Shown: positions 37,725-49,796 of the stretch, piece after piece
Position numbering within the stretch: the stretch's first letter is position 1
How the letters are laid out: every line of letters begins with the position of its first letter
NCBI RefSeq assembly: GCF_036365525.1
Contig: NW_027140453.1
Location: 992,001 to 1,056,000 of the forward strand
Direction of reading: 5' to 3'
Origin: Heterodontus francisci
Taxonomy: Eukaryota
DNA: 64,000 bases
Translations under genes and position numbers: made by a program
Notes under the pieces: model-generated
The model's database searches: none
Seen by the model: only the letters and a program-made list of their open reading frames with translations
Told to the model about the DNA's origin: nothing

Positions 37725-38301
37725 CACAATGGTATGGGGCTGTCGCAAAATCCCCCTCAAGTCTAGATTGTTCAGTCTGTTCCATTGAAGTTCGGACTGT
37801 GTCAATGGCCCGTAAAGGGTGTTGGAACAGGGGGACAGGAGGTGGCCGTTCAGCCCTTCTAGCCTGTTCCACCATTCAATTCGATCAGTGTTGATCTGAA
37901 TCTTAACTCCATCATCCCACCTTGGTTCTGTAACCCTCAATACTTCTGTTTAACAAAACTCTAACAATCTTGGATTTGAACTTATCAATTGACCACCAGT
38001 CTCAACAGTATTTTATTTTGTTGTGGGGGTGCGGGGAGAGTTCCTGATATCACCCCTGAACGGCTCGAATTTCAATTGTTCTGGACTCCCCCCAACCTGA
38101 AGAAGCAGTTTCTCTCTATCTATCCAACACCTCAAGCACCTCGATTATATCAGCCCTTTAATGATCTATATTCAAGGGACTGTCAGCTTAGTCTGAGTAA
38201 CCAGTCCTCATGATTTAACCCCTTTCTGCATCTAATATCTGAACTTACTCCCCGCATATAAACCTAGATGTTGATCTGATAGGAAGAACAGAGTCCCTTA
38301 C

Positions 38302-38349
38302 CGAAAACTGTTAACTTGGTCCCGTCGCCGAAGTAAGCTATGTTTCCTG
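38302..38349 (-). CDS. TRBJ: J-beta 2.2 (GNIAYFGDGTKLTVF)
   Basis: CACAATG heptamer, poor nonamer (TCATGATCT); donor GTAAGG. Confidence 0.88.
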
Positions 38350-38711
38350 CACAATGGTCTAAACCCAGTCATGATCTGGCCCGGGAACTGTTCCATTTGC
38401 AACTGAACGGGTCTGTGCCGGGCGGTTTACCGGGGAACACATCGCCAAGGGGGTGTCCCGTTGGACTGGTCTTTGCGAACCAGAAGGAAGGGCCAGTGTC
38501 GTTCCGGGGAGAGAAACACCGCGCCAAAGTGACAAACGGATGCTTGTGGCAGGAGGGAAATTAGGCGCAATTCTCGGCGGTCATGAGACAGATCTAACCG
38601 GCTGCCTAACTCGTTAAACTGTCCGGGGAGGAGGGGGGGTGGGGGCAGTAAGCTTGGAATGCACACAGCTAGACATGAAGGTAGAGAGAACAAAAGACCC
38701 CTTTATCTTAC

Positions 38712-38762
38712 CTAACACCATCAGTTTGGTGCCGGTCCCGAAATTGAGTGGTGCTGTTGTAG
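38712..38762 (-). CDS. TRBJ: J-beta 2.1 (TTAPLNFGTGTKLMVL)
   Basis: CACATCA-12-GCACGAACC; donor GTAAGA. Confidence 0.9.
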
Positions 38763-39284
38763 CACATCAGCAAATCATGTTGCACGAACCCAGTCGAAAA
38801 CAGTTTGCTAAAAGTGACCTGCTCAGCGTTTAGGAAGCACTGGTCAAGACAATCAGGACACACAAAGCAGCTTACAGCCAATGAAGCAGTTTGTTTAGGA
38901 AGTGGTCACCACAGGGAGACAGAGCAACTGATATTGTACCAAGGAAGTCCCATCAAACAGCAGTGAGATTAATGAGTAGATCATTGTGATGTTGGTTGAG
39001 CATCAATATTGGTCCCAAGACACCGGGGTGGTGTTTCAGGGGTTGAAGAGTAACCAGTTTTCACACAAATAACACACAGTTATTCTCTTTTCCAGAGGAA
39101 TGCTCTACGTTATAAAGCTGGACCATTCTGAGGCATCTACAAGATTGAAAGGGCCCAGCTCCCGCCATAATCCAGAGGAGATGTTTATTCGTTTACTCTG
39201 TTGCCACTGCTCTTCTGCTAATCTTCCTCGAGGTATGCAGAGCGAGGTTTTTGTACGGAGGCTGCATTGGATTCTATCACAGTG

Positions 39285-39297
39285 TCCCCCCTGTCCC
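39285..39297 (-). CDS. TRBD: D-beta 2 (GGGACAGGGGGGA)
   Basis: 5' 12-RSS (39298-39325) and 3' 23-RSS CACTGTG-23-ACAAAAACC (39284-39246); the core matches the vertebrate-wide D-beta GGGACAGGGGG. Confidence 0.97.
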
Positions 39298-40934
39298 CAC
39301 GGTGATAGACACTCATACAAAAAAGAACGCGAATTTTGCAAGGCCCTGCCTCTGAAAAGACTCCCGAGGGCTTCACTTGGTGAAGTCAGTTGAGATTGAG
39401 CTGCTGAAAGTTTTTTAGTCCTTTGGACCAAAATTAAAGGCCGTTCATTCCGTCTCAAAACTGTTAGCAGGAACAGGAGGTGGCCATTCCGCCCCTTCTC
39501 AGCCTGCTACACAGGTGCAGCAAGAGGCCATTCAGCCCCTCTAGACCTTGTTACACAGGAAGAAGAGGAGGCCCATTCAGCCCCTCTTGAGCTGCTTACA
39601 CAGTAACAGGCCCATTCATCCACTCAAGCCTCCTTCCTTTCCTCTACTTCCTTCCTTCCTTCCTTCCTTCCTTCCTTTCCGTCCTTCCGTCCTTCCTCCC
39701 TTCCTTCCTTTCATGGTTTTTTTTCTTGCTTGCTTTCTCTCTTGCTTTCTCTCTCTCCATTCCATCTCTCTGTTGCACCCCTTCTCCCCTTCACCCTCCC
39801 CCATCCCTTACCCGCTTCATGATCCGCATTCTCTCTTCGACAACCTGCAGGACCTCAGGACATACCGGCCACGGGACCTCAAACAGAAGCCACTTACTCT
39901 AGACAGTAAATCGTTCACACTGTTATCTCTTATCTTATCACTCAGAGAGACCCATATCTGCCAAACTAGTGCAAGTTTCCCAGGTGTCGTGTTGATGTGT
40001 GCGGTGCTGTTATCATTCCTGCAGATCTCATAGCACACCAACCCCCATCGCCATGCACCTGACATGAGGGAGAAAGGAATAGAAGTTTAGATGGAGTAGG
40101 GTGGGGGTGGGGAGAGGAGGCTCGTGTTCAGTATCACCACTGGCTTCATGACACATTTCTGGGGGGATTTGAGCAAATTTTGAAAATGAATAATCCGCCC
40201 TCTGAGAAAATGGGTCAAAAAAGGAACTCCTTCCTTAACAACACTGTGGAAATACCTAAACCACATTGAACGCAGGCGTGACGCTAGCAAAATGATAATG
40301 TTGCTGGGCTAGTAATCCAGCAGCCCGGGTTAGTGTTCTGGTTGTGTGAATTCAAATGGCCGCAGATGGAATTTAAATTCAGCTGATTCATAAAAATCTG
40401 TCAGGGTGCCATGAAACTGTCGTCGATTGTCATAAAAACCCATCTACCATCTTATATGGGACTCCAAACCTGCAGCATGCAGTTGACTGTTAACTGCCCT
40501 CTGAAATTGCAAAGCACTCAGTTCAAGGGCAATTAGGGATGGGCAACAAATGTTGGCCTTGCCATCGGTGCCCACATCCCATGACAAGAATAAAAACATG
40601 GCCTAACAAACCACTCAGAAGGCAATTATGGGTGGGCAATAAATGCATCCCAGCACGAATTAACAATGACTTTTCCTGTTCATTTTTGTCTGTATTTTGC
40701 TCCCCATCTGTGTCTCTCTGTATATGGTTGCCTCCCTAGCCTTCCTCCATTCTCCACCTCGCCTTTCCTCTATGTTTAATTGTTTTAACCTTTGCTTCTT
40801 TACTGTAATGCTTACGGTTTATTTTTACAAATTTCATGTTCTCTCCCCTTTCTTCAAACGGAAGGGAGCAAACTGCCCAACAGTTTCAGTGCTAATTGAG
40901 CCCACTGATATATTTCGACCAATATTCTACTCAC

Positions 40935-40992
40935 CCAGGACCGTTAACTTCGTGGCATCTCCAAAATATGATGGATGGTTACTTCCTGCTCC
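40935..40992 (-). pseudogene. TRBJ: J-beta 1.10 (GAGSNHPSYFGDATKLTVL), nonamer deleted
   Basis: Paralog of J2.6; CACATCA heptamer but the ACAAAAAC nonamer is missing; FGDA. Confidence 0.85.
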
Positions 40993-41513
40993 CACATCAC
41001 CATGTCCTAACATTCCTCAATAGCGTCCTGCGAATGGGCATTGTCCCTATCATTAATATTTGATATTGGCCTTTGAGTGACATAAGCCAAAGCGAACTCA
41101 TAAACTAACCAGGGTGTTTGGCAATTAAAACTAGCAACATTCCCAATACTGGCTCTCCATCAATGTATGGACCAGTTAGTCAGATGTCCACAGAAACAGC
41201 TCTGACAATACTGGACAATTTTACTTGGAGTTCGTCATAATTATTAAGTAAGTTGTGCATGCAGGATGGGGACCGAATAGTTCAGTTAGCTGGATGGCTC
41301 ACGTGTGATTCAGAGCAATGTCAACAGCAGGGGTTCAGTTATCGTCTTGGTCAAACTAAAGTAACGGGAAACCGCCTTACCTACCTTTTTCCCTTGTCAT
41401 TCTCATCTCTCCTGCTGGAGAAAAGGAGCAGAGAGCCATGGACGGAACATCTGCATGGCACAGGCAATATGAACCCAGCCATCCTGGCTTAATCGTATAA
41501 ACATCTAACTCAC

Positions 41514-41564
41514 CCAAAACTGTTAGAGTCCAGCCTTCCCCAAAATGCTGGGTGTTCCCGCCTA
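41514..41564 (-). CDS. TRBJ: J-beta 1.9 (GGNTQHFGEGWTLTVL)
   Basis: CACTATA-12-ACCAAAACA; donor GTGAGT. Confidence 0.88.
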
Positions 41565-41723
41565 CACTATACTAAACAACAGTACCAAAACACAGCGTTG
41601 GGTAGACAGGTACAGTCTCAAACAAGTAATGTATCGATATCTAAACACATAGATGGATGCACAGATACATTGTGGATCGATCGAACAATGGATATTTGCA
41701 CATTTATGTAGATGGGATATTAC

Positions 41724-41765
41724 CTAAAACTTAGATCCAGTTCCGAAGTATTAATATCAGCAGAG
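41724..41765 (-). pseudogene. TRBJ: J-beta 1.8 pseudogene (..YFGTGSKF*)
   Basis: Paralog of J2.4 with a 7-nt deletion causing a stop, and a damaged heptamer. Confidence 0.8.
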
Positions 41766-43980
41766 CAAAAGCTAAATCCCTGAATAAAACCTCTCACCTC
41801 TCTGTGGTTCTATCCCAAGAGAGCCTTTCACAACAATGGAGAACATACAAGTACAGGAATATTGGCTGACAGCAGCACGAGAGCATAAATTGACCGTTCA
41901 GCCCTTCGAGTGGGATCCGACATGCAAAAAGATCATGTATCTCAGTATCATCAAGGTGGATGGAAAGAAAGGTGCAGAGCTGAGTGGTTAAGTGCACAGC
42001 TCTCAATGGTGGATTGATGGAAATTGGACAGTCCAGAATTTCAGGATCACAAAGATCTCGGAGAGTTGTAGAGGCTGGAGGAGGTTACAGAGATAGGAAG
42101 GGTTGCAGGGGCTGGAGGAGGTTACTGAGATAGGAAGGGATGTAGGGGCATGGAGGAGGTTATAGACATAGAGAGGGTTGTCAGGACTGGAGGTGGTTAC
42201 AGACATAGAGAGGGTTGTAAGGGGGCTGGAGGATGTTGAGGCGCTTTTTAAAAACTCCTTCATGGGATGTGGGCGTCGCTGACAAGGCCAGCATTTGTTA
42301 CCCATCCCTAGTTGCCCTTGACAACTGCGTGGCTATTTCAGAAAGCAGTTACGAGTAAAGCAAAATAGTTAATAGGTAGAATGAGGTAGAAGTCGTGTTT
42401 CAGCTATACAAAGCCCTGGTTACAGCACATCTGGAGTTCCTCTGAGCATTTGTGGGCACCAGACATTAGGAAGGATATGCTGGTCTTGGGGGAAGTGTAG
42501 TGTAGATTAAACAGACTGATACTTGGACGCCAAGGGTTAAATTGCAAGGAAAGATTACACATTTCCTATTCTTTGGAAAAGAGAAGGTTAAAGGGTGGTT
42601 TGAGCAAAGTTTTCAAGATATTAAGGGGAATGCATGATGTAGATAGAGAGAAACGATCTCCATTAGTTGTGCAGTCTAGATCTACGGGACAGAGTTTAAG
42701 AATTAGAGCCAGAACTTTTCAGGCATAAAATTAGAAAACATCTTTTCACATAAAGGATGGTAGAAGTTTGGAACTCTCTTCTGCTGGAACAATTGTCAAT
42801 TTTAAATCTCAAATTGATAGATTTTTGTTAACCACAGCTATTAAGGGATTATGGGGCAATGGGGGTAGATAGAGTTAGGTCACAGATCAGTCATGATCGC
42901 ATTGATTGGCAGAACAGACTCGAGGGGCCGAATGGCCTACTCCTGCTCCTGTGTACCGATGATCCTATGTTCCTGTAACTTTTATTTAAACATAGAGTCA
43001 GCATTCTGCTTCAGTTAGAGTGTCCCAAATTCTGACAACTCTGAGTGAAAAGGAATCTAGTAATTGTCCTTGTAGATCTTTTGTCAATGATTTTAAATAT
43101 CTGACCTTTGTTTATTGACCCATCCACCAGTGGAAATAATTTCCCCTTCAAGTATTTATCCAGTCCCCCTTTTGAAAGTTACCGTTGAGTCTGTTTCCAC
43201 ACCCTTTCAGGCAGCGCATTCCAGATAACAACACACCGCATAATTGTTTTATTCATCATATCACCCCTGTTTATTTCGTCAATTACCTTAACTCTGTGTC
43301 CTTTGCTTACCAACGAGCATTGGAAATTGTTTCTGAGCACGTACTGTGTCCAAAGCCTTCATTGCTTTGGACACCTCTGCCAAATCCCCCCTTAACTTTC
43401 TCTGCTCTAGTCTCTAGACGCAACTGAAGCCCCTCATCACTGGAACCAGTCGTATAAATCATTCGTGCAACCGCTCGAAGGCCTTGACATCCATCCTAAC
43501 ATGTGACACTCACAATTCTCCAGCTGGGACCCAACCAGCGATTCATCGAGGTTCAGCTTAACTCCCTTGCTCAACTCCTCGTCAATCCTTCATCAACGAA
43601 GGTGCTTTCCAGCTTCCTCAACTCTTCATTCTAAATCTCTTGATCGTCACGTATTTGTCCCTGTCCCTCACTCCTATCATCAACTCGTATTACGCCAATT
43701 TAGCCACATTAGGGACTGGATTAGACCATTCAACCTCTGATATCCAAGGTACTCATCACATGTCGATTTCCACATGCATAATACGTCTCTCGTTCATTTC
43801 AGGAAATATTCCATATGGGGCTCGGAAGTAATGCATGGAGTCTGAACACGAATACAAGGTGTATGTTTATATATAAGGTCCTCAGATCCACAACTAGGTT
43901 TGAATAATTTTAAATTTCAACCAGACATCCCTCTGATTCCACTTTCCTTTAAAGAGCTAATTCGATTCTATCTCACTTAC

Positions 43981-44032
43981 CTAAAACCATGAGTTTTGAA
44001 CTGCCCCCAAAAGTATAACCATCGTTGCCTGC
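43981..44032 (-). pseudogene. TRBJ: J-beta 1.7 (AGNDGYTFGGSSKLMVL), defective RSS
   Basis: Heptamer CGCAATG; FGGS; donor GTAAGT; paralog of J2.7. Confidence 0.82.
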
Positions 44033-44773
44033 CGCAATGTTATACTGTTGGAACACAACTTGCGTTTCTTCAACTCGATACACAATAGTTAATGAACATA
44101 GTTGGAACATTTTGTATTGTGTTATATTCATTATTCCACCCTATTGCTCTTTATCTTACATTCTGCTGCAATTGATCTCCTCGTCTCTGTCTCTTTTTTA
44201 TTGTTTTAAATCTAATTTCCCATCTCCCTCCAGTTCTGTCTGCTGTTTTCTCTCCATCTGGAGTTAAGAAGAATGGGAGATGATCTTCTGGGAAATTCTA
44301 AGATTCTGAGGGCGCTTGACAGGGTAAAGGCTGAGAGAATGTTCCCATGTAGAATTAAAGGGCGCAGTTTCAGAATGAGGGGTCGCTCATTTAGGACGGA
44401 GTGGAGGAGGAATTTCTTCTATCAGGGAGTCGTGAATCTTTGGAATTCCCTCCTCCACAGCCCTGTGGAGACTGAGTCCGTGAATGCATTCAAGACTGAG
44501 ATAGAGAGCGGAGCCAAGGATTATGGAGAACAGGTAGGAAAGAGGGATCGAGGCCAACATCAGATCAGCCATGATCTCTGGTTGCAAATTCCTCTCTCAC
44601 CAGCCCTCCTCCAATCTCCTACATTTAGCTATTTACATTCTTGCTTCTTCAATGCAATGCTTACTCTTTTGCCTGTTTTCACATTCTCTCTCCTTTCTTT
44701 AAATTGAAGAGAGTAAACTAGTCGACGTTTTCAATGCTAGTAAGAGACGTATTTTGACTAACATCTCACTTAC

Positions 44774-44831
44774 CCTGGACAGTTAATTTAGTGCCATCTC
44801 CAAAATACATAGGTTGAATACCCCCTGCTCC
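44774..44831 (-). CDS. TRBJ: J-beta 1.6 (GAGGIQPMYFGDGTKLTVQ)
   Basis: CACATCA-12-ACAAAAACA; donor GTAAGT. Confidence 0.9.
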
Positions 44832-45175
44832 CACATCATCACCTCACATCACAAAAACATTCCCCAACTCTCTTCTGGAAGAAAAGAAACTCACTGGGCC
44901 ATTCCTTAATATTTGATAGTGGCCTCTGGTTAACGCAAGCTAACTGTAAGTTAATGTAAACTCGTGGACTAACCAGGCAGTTTGCAGTTATAACTAACAG
45001 AATTCCCAAGACTGTCTGCCCCGTCTATATGTGGACCTGTTCATCAGTTATCCACCGTGGCAATCCTGACAATAGGAGATTTTCTCTAAGTCCCTCACAA
45101 TTATTCATTCAATCCTTCTTGCAAGATGTTTACAGGTGACCCTTGCTTCACTGAAAACAAAGAAACTGAACTCAC

Positions 45176-45232
45176 CCAAAATCGTCAACGTGGACACGTC
45201 CCCAAAATGTAGCAGGTTGGTATACCCGCCCG
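45176..45232 (-). CDS. TRBJ: J-beta 1.5 (GGYTNLLHFGDVSTLTIL), non-canonical FGDV
   Basis: CACTGCA-12-ACCAAAATA; donor GTGAGT. Confidence 0.83.
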
Positions 45233-45447
45233 CACTGCACGAAACAACAATACCAAAATACAACGATGGGTAGACTGATGTCTTGACAAACAAATAGATA
45301 GATAGGTGGACAAACAGACAGACAGATGGATCCACAGTCCAACAAATAGATAGGTACATTGATAGATAGATAGATAAATAGATAGACTTACAGATGAAAA
45401 GATGTATTTACATATATAAATATCTACATGTGCAAACATAATCTTAC

Positions 45448-45497
45448 CTAAAACAGTGAGTTTAGTCCCAGCTCCGAAATAATAAATGTCACCAGAG
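45448..45497 (-). CDS. TRBJ: J-beta 1.4 (SGDIYYFGAGTKLTVL)
   Basis: CACAATG-12-ATTAAAACA; donor GTAAGA. Confidence 0.93.
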
Positions 45498-47006
45498 CAC
45501 AATGATAAACTCATGTATTAAAACATCACCTGTCTTTGAGTCCTTTACCGAAGGAGCCCCACATAATAAGGGAGAACCTACAAGTATAAGGAAATTTTGT
45601 CCAAAGGAACATAGCAACTGGGGAACAGGAGTTGACCATTCAGCCCTTCGTGCTTATTCCGACATTTAATTAGATTATAAATCATTTGTACCATAACCCC
45701 ATCGACCTGCCTTCCTGGTTCCATAACCTTTAGCATCTTTGCCGATCAAAAAATAATCAACCACACATTTGAAATTTTCGACTGACTCCCTCAGCTTTCT
45801 GTGGGAGAGATTTCTGGATTCCACGGGGCATTTTGTAAACAGGTCCTTCTTGACATCACTCCTGAATGGTCAAGCTATCAGTTTAAGGTTTTGCTCTCTT
45901 GTTCTGGACCCGTCACACCAGAGGAAATATCAGATCCTATCATTATCTTAAACACATCAATTGGATCACTCCTGAATCTCAAATTCTCAATTTACTGCAA
46001 TCCTACTTTAAACAACACATCGTCATAAATTAAACTCTTTTAATACCGGTATTATCCTGGTGAATGAGGAAAGCTCTTGGGGCCCTTGACACCTCATTGT
46101 CCACTGGATATGGATAGCTCACCAGTTCGATTAGTAACTTGAAAATAGTGTGTCTCAAAATAGTTTCATCCATTGCTGCTCGAGGCCAAGAGGGAATATA
46201 TAGAATTACATAGAATTTACAACACACAAACAGGCCATTCAGCCCATCTGCTCCATTCCAGTGTTTGCACTCCACTTGATACTCCTCTCATCCCCTTCAT
46301 TTAATCAAATTTTTTTTATCCAATCTACTTTTTTAAACCCACTCCTTGTGGTAGTGAGTTCCACATTCGCACCACTGTCTGGGTAAAGAAATTTCTCCTG
46401 AATTCCCTACTGAATTTATTACTGACTATCTGACATTTATGCTCTCCCCGTTCTGGTCTCCCCACAAGTGGAAAAAACTTCGGTGTGTCTACCTTATCGA
46501 AACCCCTTTCAAAATCGTGCAGACCTCTACCAGGACACCCCTCAAACTTCACTGCTCTCGAGAAAGGAGTTCCAGTCTGTCCGACCTTCCCCAATAGTTA
46601 TAACTTCCCAGTTTGGGCAGCACAGCTGTTAATCTGTTCTGATTTACCTTATCCAGAGCCTCTACATCATTTCTTTTATAATATGCAGACCAGAACTGCA
46701 TACTAAACGATGCAATTGGACATTTTTCATTCTATCTCTGTGTCCTCATATTCTTCTCTCACAAGTGCAATCATTCTATTTGTATCTACATCGCTGTTTG
46801 TTCTGTTTCTTTTAGAGACCCTCCCTTCTGTATCCACTCAAACCCCTTCCCTACAGTGAAACAAATTCGGCAGTTGTAGATCTCCCCTTGTAACCTGAAC
46901 AGACGAAAGAAATTCACCAAATTTCTATATTTTCACTCTTTCGACCACCCCACGTGAATTCCCAAATTGAATCAACTTTTCCAGTATTAGGAATGCATTC
47001 ACTCAC

Positions 47007-47056
47007 CTAAAACAACCAGTTTGGTCCCATCTCCGAAATATGCTTCGCTATTGGAG
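47007..47056 (-). CDS. TRBJ: J-beta 1.3 (SNSEAYFGDGTKLVVL)
   Basis: CACACTG-12-CACAAAATC; donor GTGAGT. Confidence 0.93.
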
Positions 47057-47669
47057 CACACTGATATGGGGCTGTCACAAAATCCCCCTCAATCCCCCTA
47101 GATTGTTAAGTCTGTTCCATTGAAGTTCCTATTATGTCAATGACCGTAAAGGTCGTAGGAACATGGGGACAGGAGGTGGCCATTCAGCCCTTCGAGCCTG
47201 TTCCACCATTCAATCAGATCAGGGTTGATCTGAATCTTAACTCCCGCCTTGGTTCTGTAATCTTCGATACGCAATACTCTATCAATCTTGGATTTGAATT
47301 TATCAATTGATCCCCAGTCTCAGCAGATTGTTTTTTATGGGGTGGGGGTGGAATCCATCATTTCCACTACCCTTTGTGTGAAGAAGTGCTTCCTGATATC
47401 ATCCCTGAAAGGCAATAATTTAAACTATTCTGAGCTCCCCCCAACCTGAGGAAGCAGTTTCTCTTTCTATCTATCCAACACCTCAAAACACCTCCATTAT
47501 ATCAGACCTTAATGTTCTAGATTCGAGGGATTATCAGCTTCGTCTGAGTAACCATTCCTCATGAGTTAACCCTTTTATGTAGCTAATATCTGAACATTAC
47601 TCCTGGTGATTTTTTAACTAGACATAGAGTCTGATCGATAGGAGGAACAGAAATACACAGTCGCCTTAC

Positions 47670-47717
47670 CCAACACTGTCAACTTGGTCCCATCGCCGAA
47701 GTAAGCTATCTCTGCTG
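47670..47717 (-). CDS. TRBJ: J-beta 1.2 (AEIAYFGDGTKLTVL)
   Basis: CACGATG heptamer, poor nonamer (TCATGGACA); donor GTAAGG. Confidence 0.88.
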
Positions 47718-47958
47718 CACGATGCTCTAAACTCAGTCATGGACAGACCCGGGAGATGTTCCCCTTGGAACTGAACGAGACAGGACGGGGTGGTTTACAG
47801 GCGAGGGTGATATTGGACTGGTCTTTGCAAATCAGAAAGAAGGGCCATTGTCATCAGCCTGACTTTTTAAACTGCCCGTGGAGGGTTGGGGGGAACAAGC
47901 TTGGAATACAAACAGCTGGACATGAAGGGAGTGGGAAAAAAATGTCCCTTTTTCTTAC

Positions 47959-48008
47959 CTAACACCGTCAGTTTGGTGCCGGCCCCGAAGTTGAGTGGTG
48001 TGTTGTAG
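47959..48008 (-). CDS. TRBJ: J-beta 1.1 (YNTPLNFGAGTKLTVL)
   Basis: CACGTCA-12-ACATCAACC; donor GTAAGA. Confidence 0.9.
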
Positions 48009-48533
48009 CACGTCAGCAGATCACGTTACATCAACCCAGTCGGAAACTGATTGCTAAAAGTGACCTGCTCAGCATTTAGGAAGCACTGGTCAAGACAATC
48101 AGGACGCACAAAGCAGCTTACAGCCAATGAAGCAGTTTGTTTAGGAAGTGGTCACCACAGGGAGACACAGCAACTGATATTGCACCAAGGAAGTCCCATC
48201 AAACAGCAATGAGATTAATGAGCACATCATTCTTTGTGATGTTGGTTGAGGGATCAATATTGGTCCCTGGACACCAGGGTGGGGTTTAAGGGTTAAACAG
48301 TAACCAGTTTCCACACAAATGACACACTGCTGTTCTCTTTTCCACAGGAATGTTCTAGGTTATAAGGCTGGACCATTCTGAGACATCTTTAAGATGAAAA
48401 GGGCCCAGTTCCCGCCATAATCCTGGGCCATGTTGACTCGTTTACTCTGTTGTCACTGCTCTTCTGCTGATCCTCCACCAGGTGTGTTGAGCGAGGTTTT
48501 TGTACGGAGGTTGCATTGGATTTTATCACCGTG

Positions 48534-48546
48534 TCCCTGTTGTCCC
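48534..48546 (-). CDS. TRBD: D-beta 1 (GGGACAACAGGGA)
   Basis: 5' 12-RSS (48547-48574) and 3' 23-RSS CACGGTG-23-ACAAAAACC (48533-48495); open in all three frames. Confidence 0.97.
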
Positions 48547-48721
48547 CACAGTGATAGACACTCATACAAAAAAGAGGAACGCAAAACTTCCAAGTCCCCA
48601 CCGCTTAAACGGCTCCCGAGGACTTCACATAGTGACGGCAGTTGAGACTGAGGTGCTGAAATTTAGTTAGAGCTACGGAGCACAATTAGAGGCCATTCAG
48701 CCCCTCTCAAACCTGATTCTC

Positions 48722-49796
48722 TGGAACAGGAGGTGGACATTCAGCCGCTCTACAGTCTGTTACACGGGAACAGGAGGTGGACATTCAGCCCCTCTCCAGT
48801 CTGTTACACAGGAACAGGAGGAGGATATTCAGCCCCTGTCCAGTCTGTTACACGGGAACAGGAGGAGGACATTCAGCCCCTCTCCAGTCTTTTACTCAGA
48901 AACAGGAGGAGGACATTCAGCCCCTCTCCAGTCTGTTACACAGGAACAGGAGGAGGACAATCAGCCCCTCTCCAGTCTGTTACACAGGAACTGGAGGAGG
49001 AAATTCAGCCCCTCTCCAGTCTGTTACACAGGAACAGGTGGTGGACATTCAGCCCCTCTCCAGTCTGTTACACAGGAACAGGAGGAGGACAATCAGCCCC
49101 TCTCCAGTCTGTTACACAGGAACTGGAGGAGGAAATTCAGCCCCTCTCCAGTCTGTTACACAGGAACAGGTGGTGGACATTCAGTCCCTCTCCAGTCTGC
49201 TGCACAGGAACAGGAGGAGGACAATCAGCCCCTCACGAGCCTGCTACACAGGAACAGCAGGAGGACATGCAGCCACTCTCCAGTCTGTACGCAGGAACAG
49301 GAGGTGGACATTCCGCCCCTCTCGAGCCTGTTACACAGGAACAGGAGGAGGACATTCAGCCCCTCTCGAGCCTGTTACACAGGGACAGGAGGAGGACATT
49401 CAGCCCCTCTCCAGTCTGTTGCACAGGAACAGGAGGAGGACATTCCGCCCCTCTCGAGCCTGTTACACAGGAACAGTAGGAGGACATTCAGCCCCTCTCC
49501 AGTCTGTAATACAGGAACAGGAGGAGGACATTCAGGCCCTCTCCAGTCTGTTACACAGGGACAGGAGGAGGGCATTCAACCCCTCTAGAGCTTGTTACAC
49601 AGAAACAGGAGGAGGACATTTTGCCCCTCTAAAACATGTTACGCAGAAACAGGAGGAGGACATTCATCCCCTTCTCAAATCTGTTACACAAGAACAGGAG
49701 GAGGACATTCAGCCCCTCTGGAGCATGTTACACAGAAACAGCAGGAGGCCTTCAGCCCCTCTTGAACCTGTTACACCGGAACAGGAGGAGGCCATT
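48722..49796 (+). repeat. 44-bp tandem repeat (CAGGAACAGGAGGAGGACATTCAGCCCCTCTCCAGTCTGTTACA)
   Basis: About 24 copies running into an N gap; accounts for the 248-aa and 498-aa ORFs. Confidence 0.95.
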
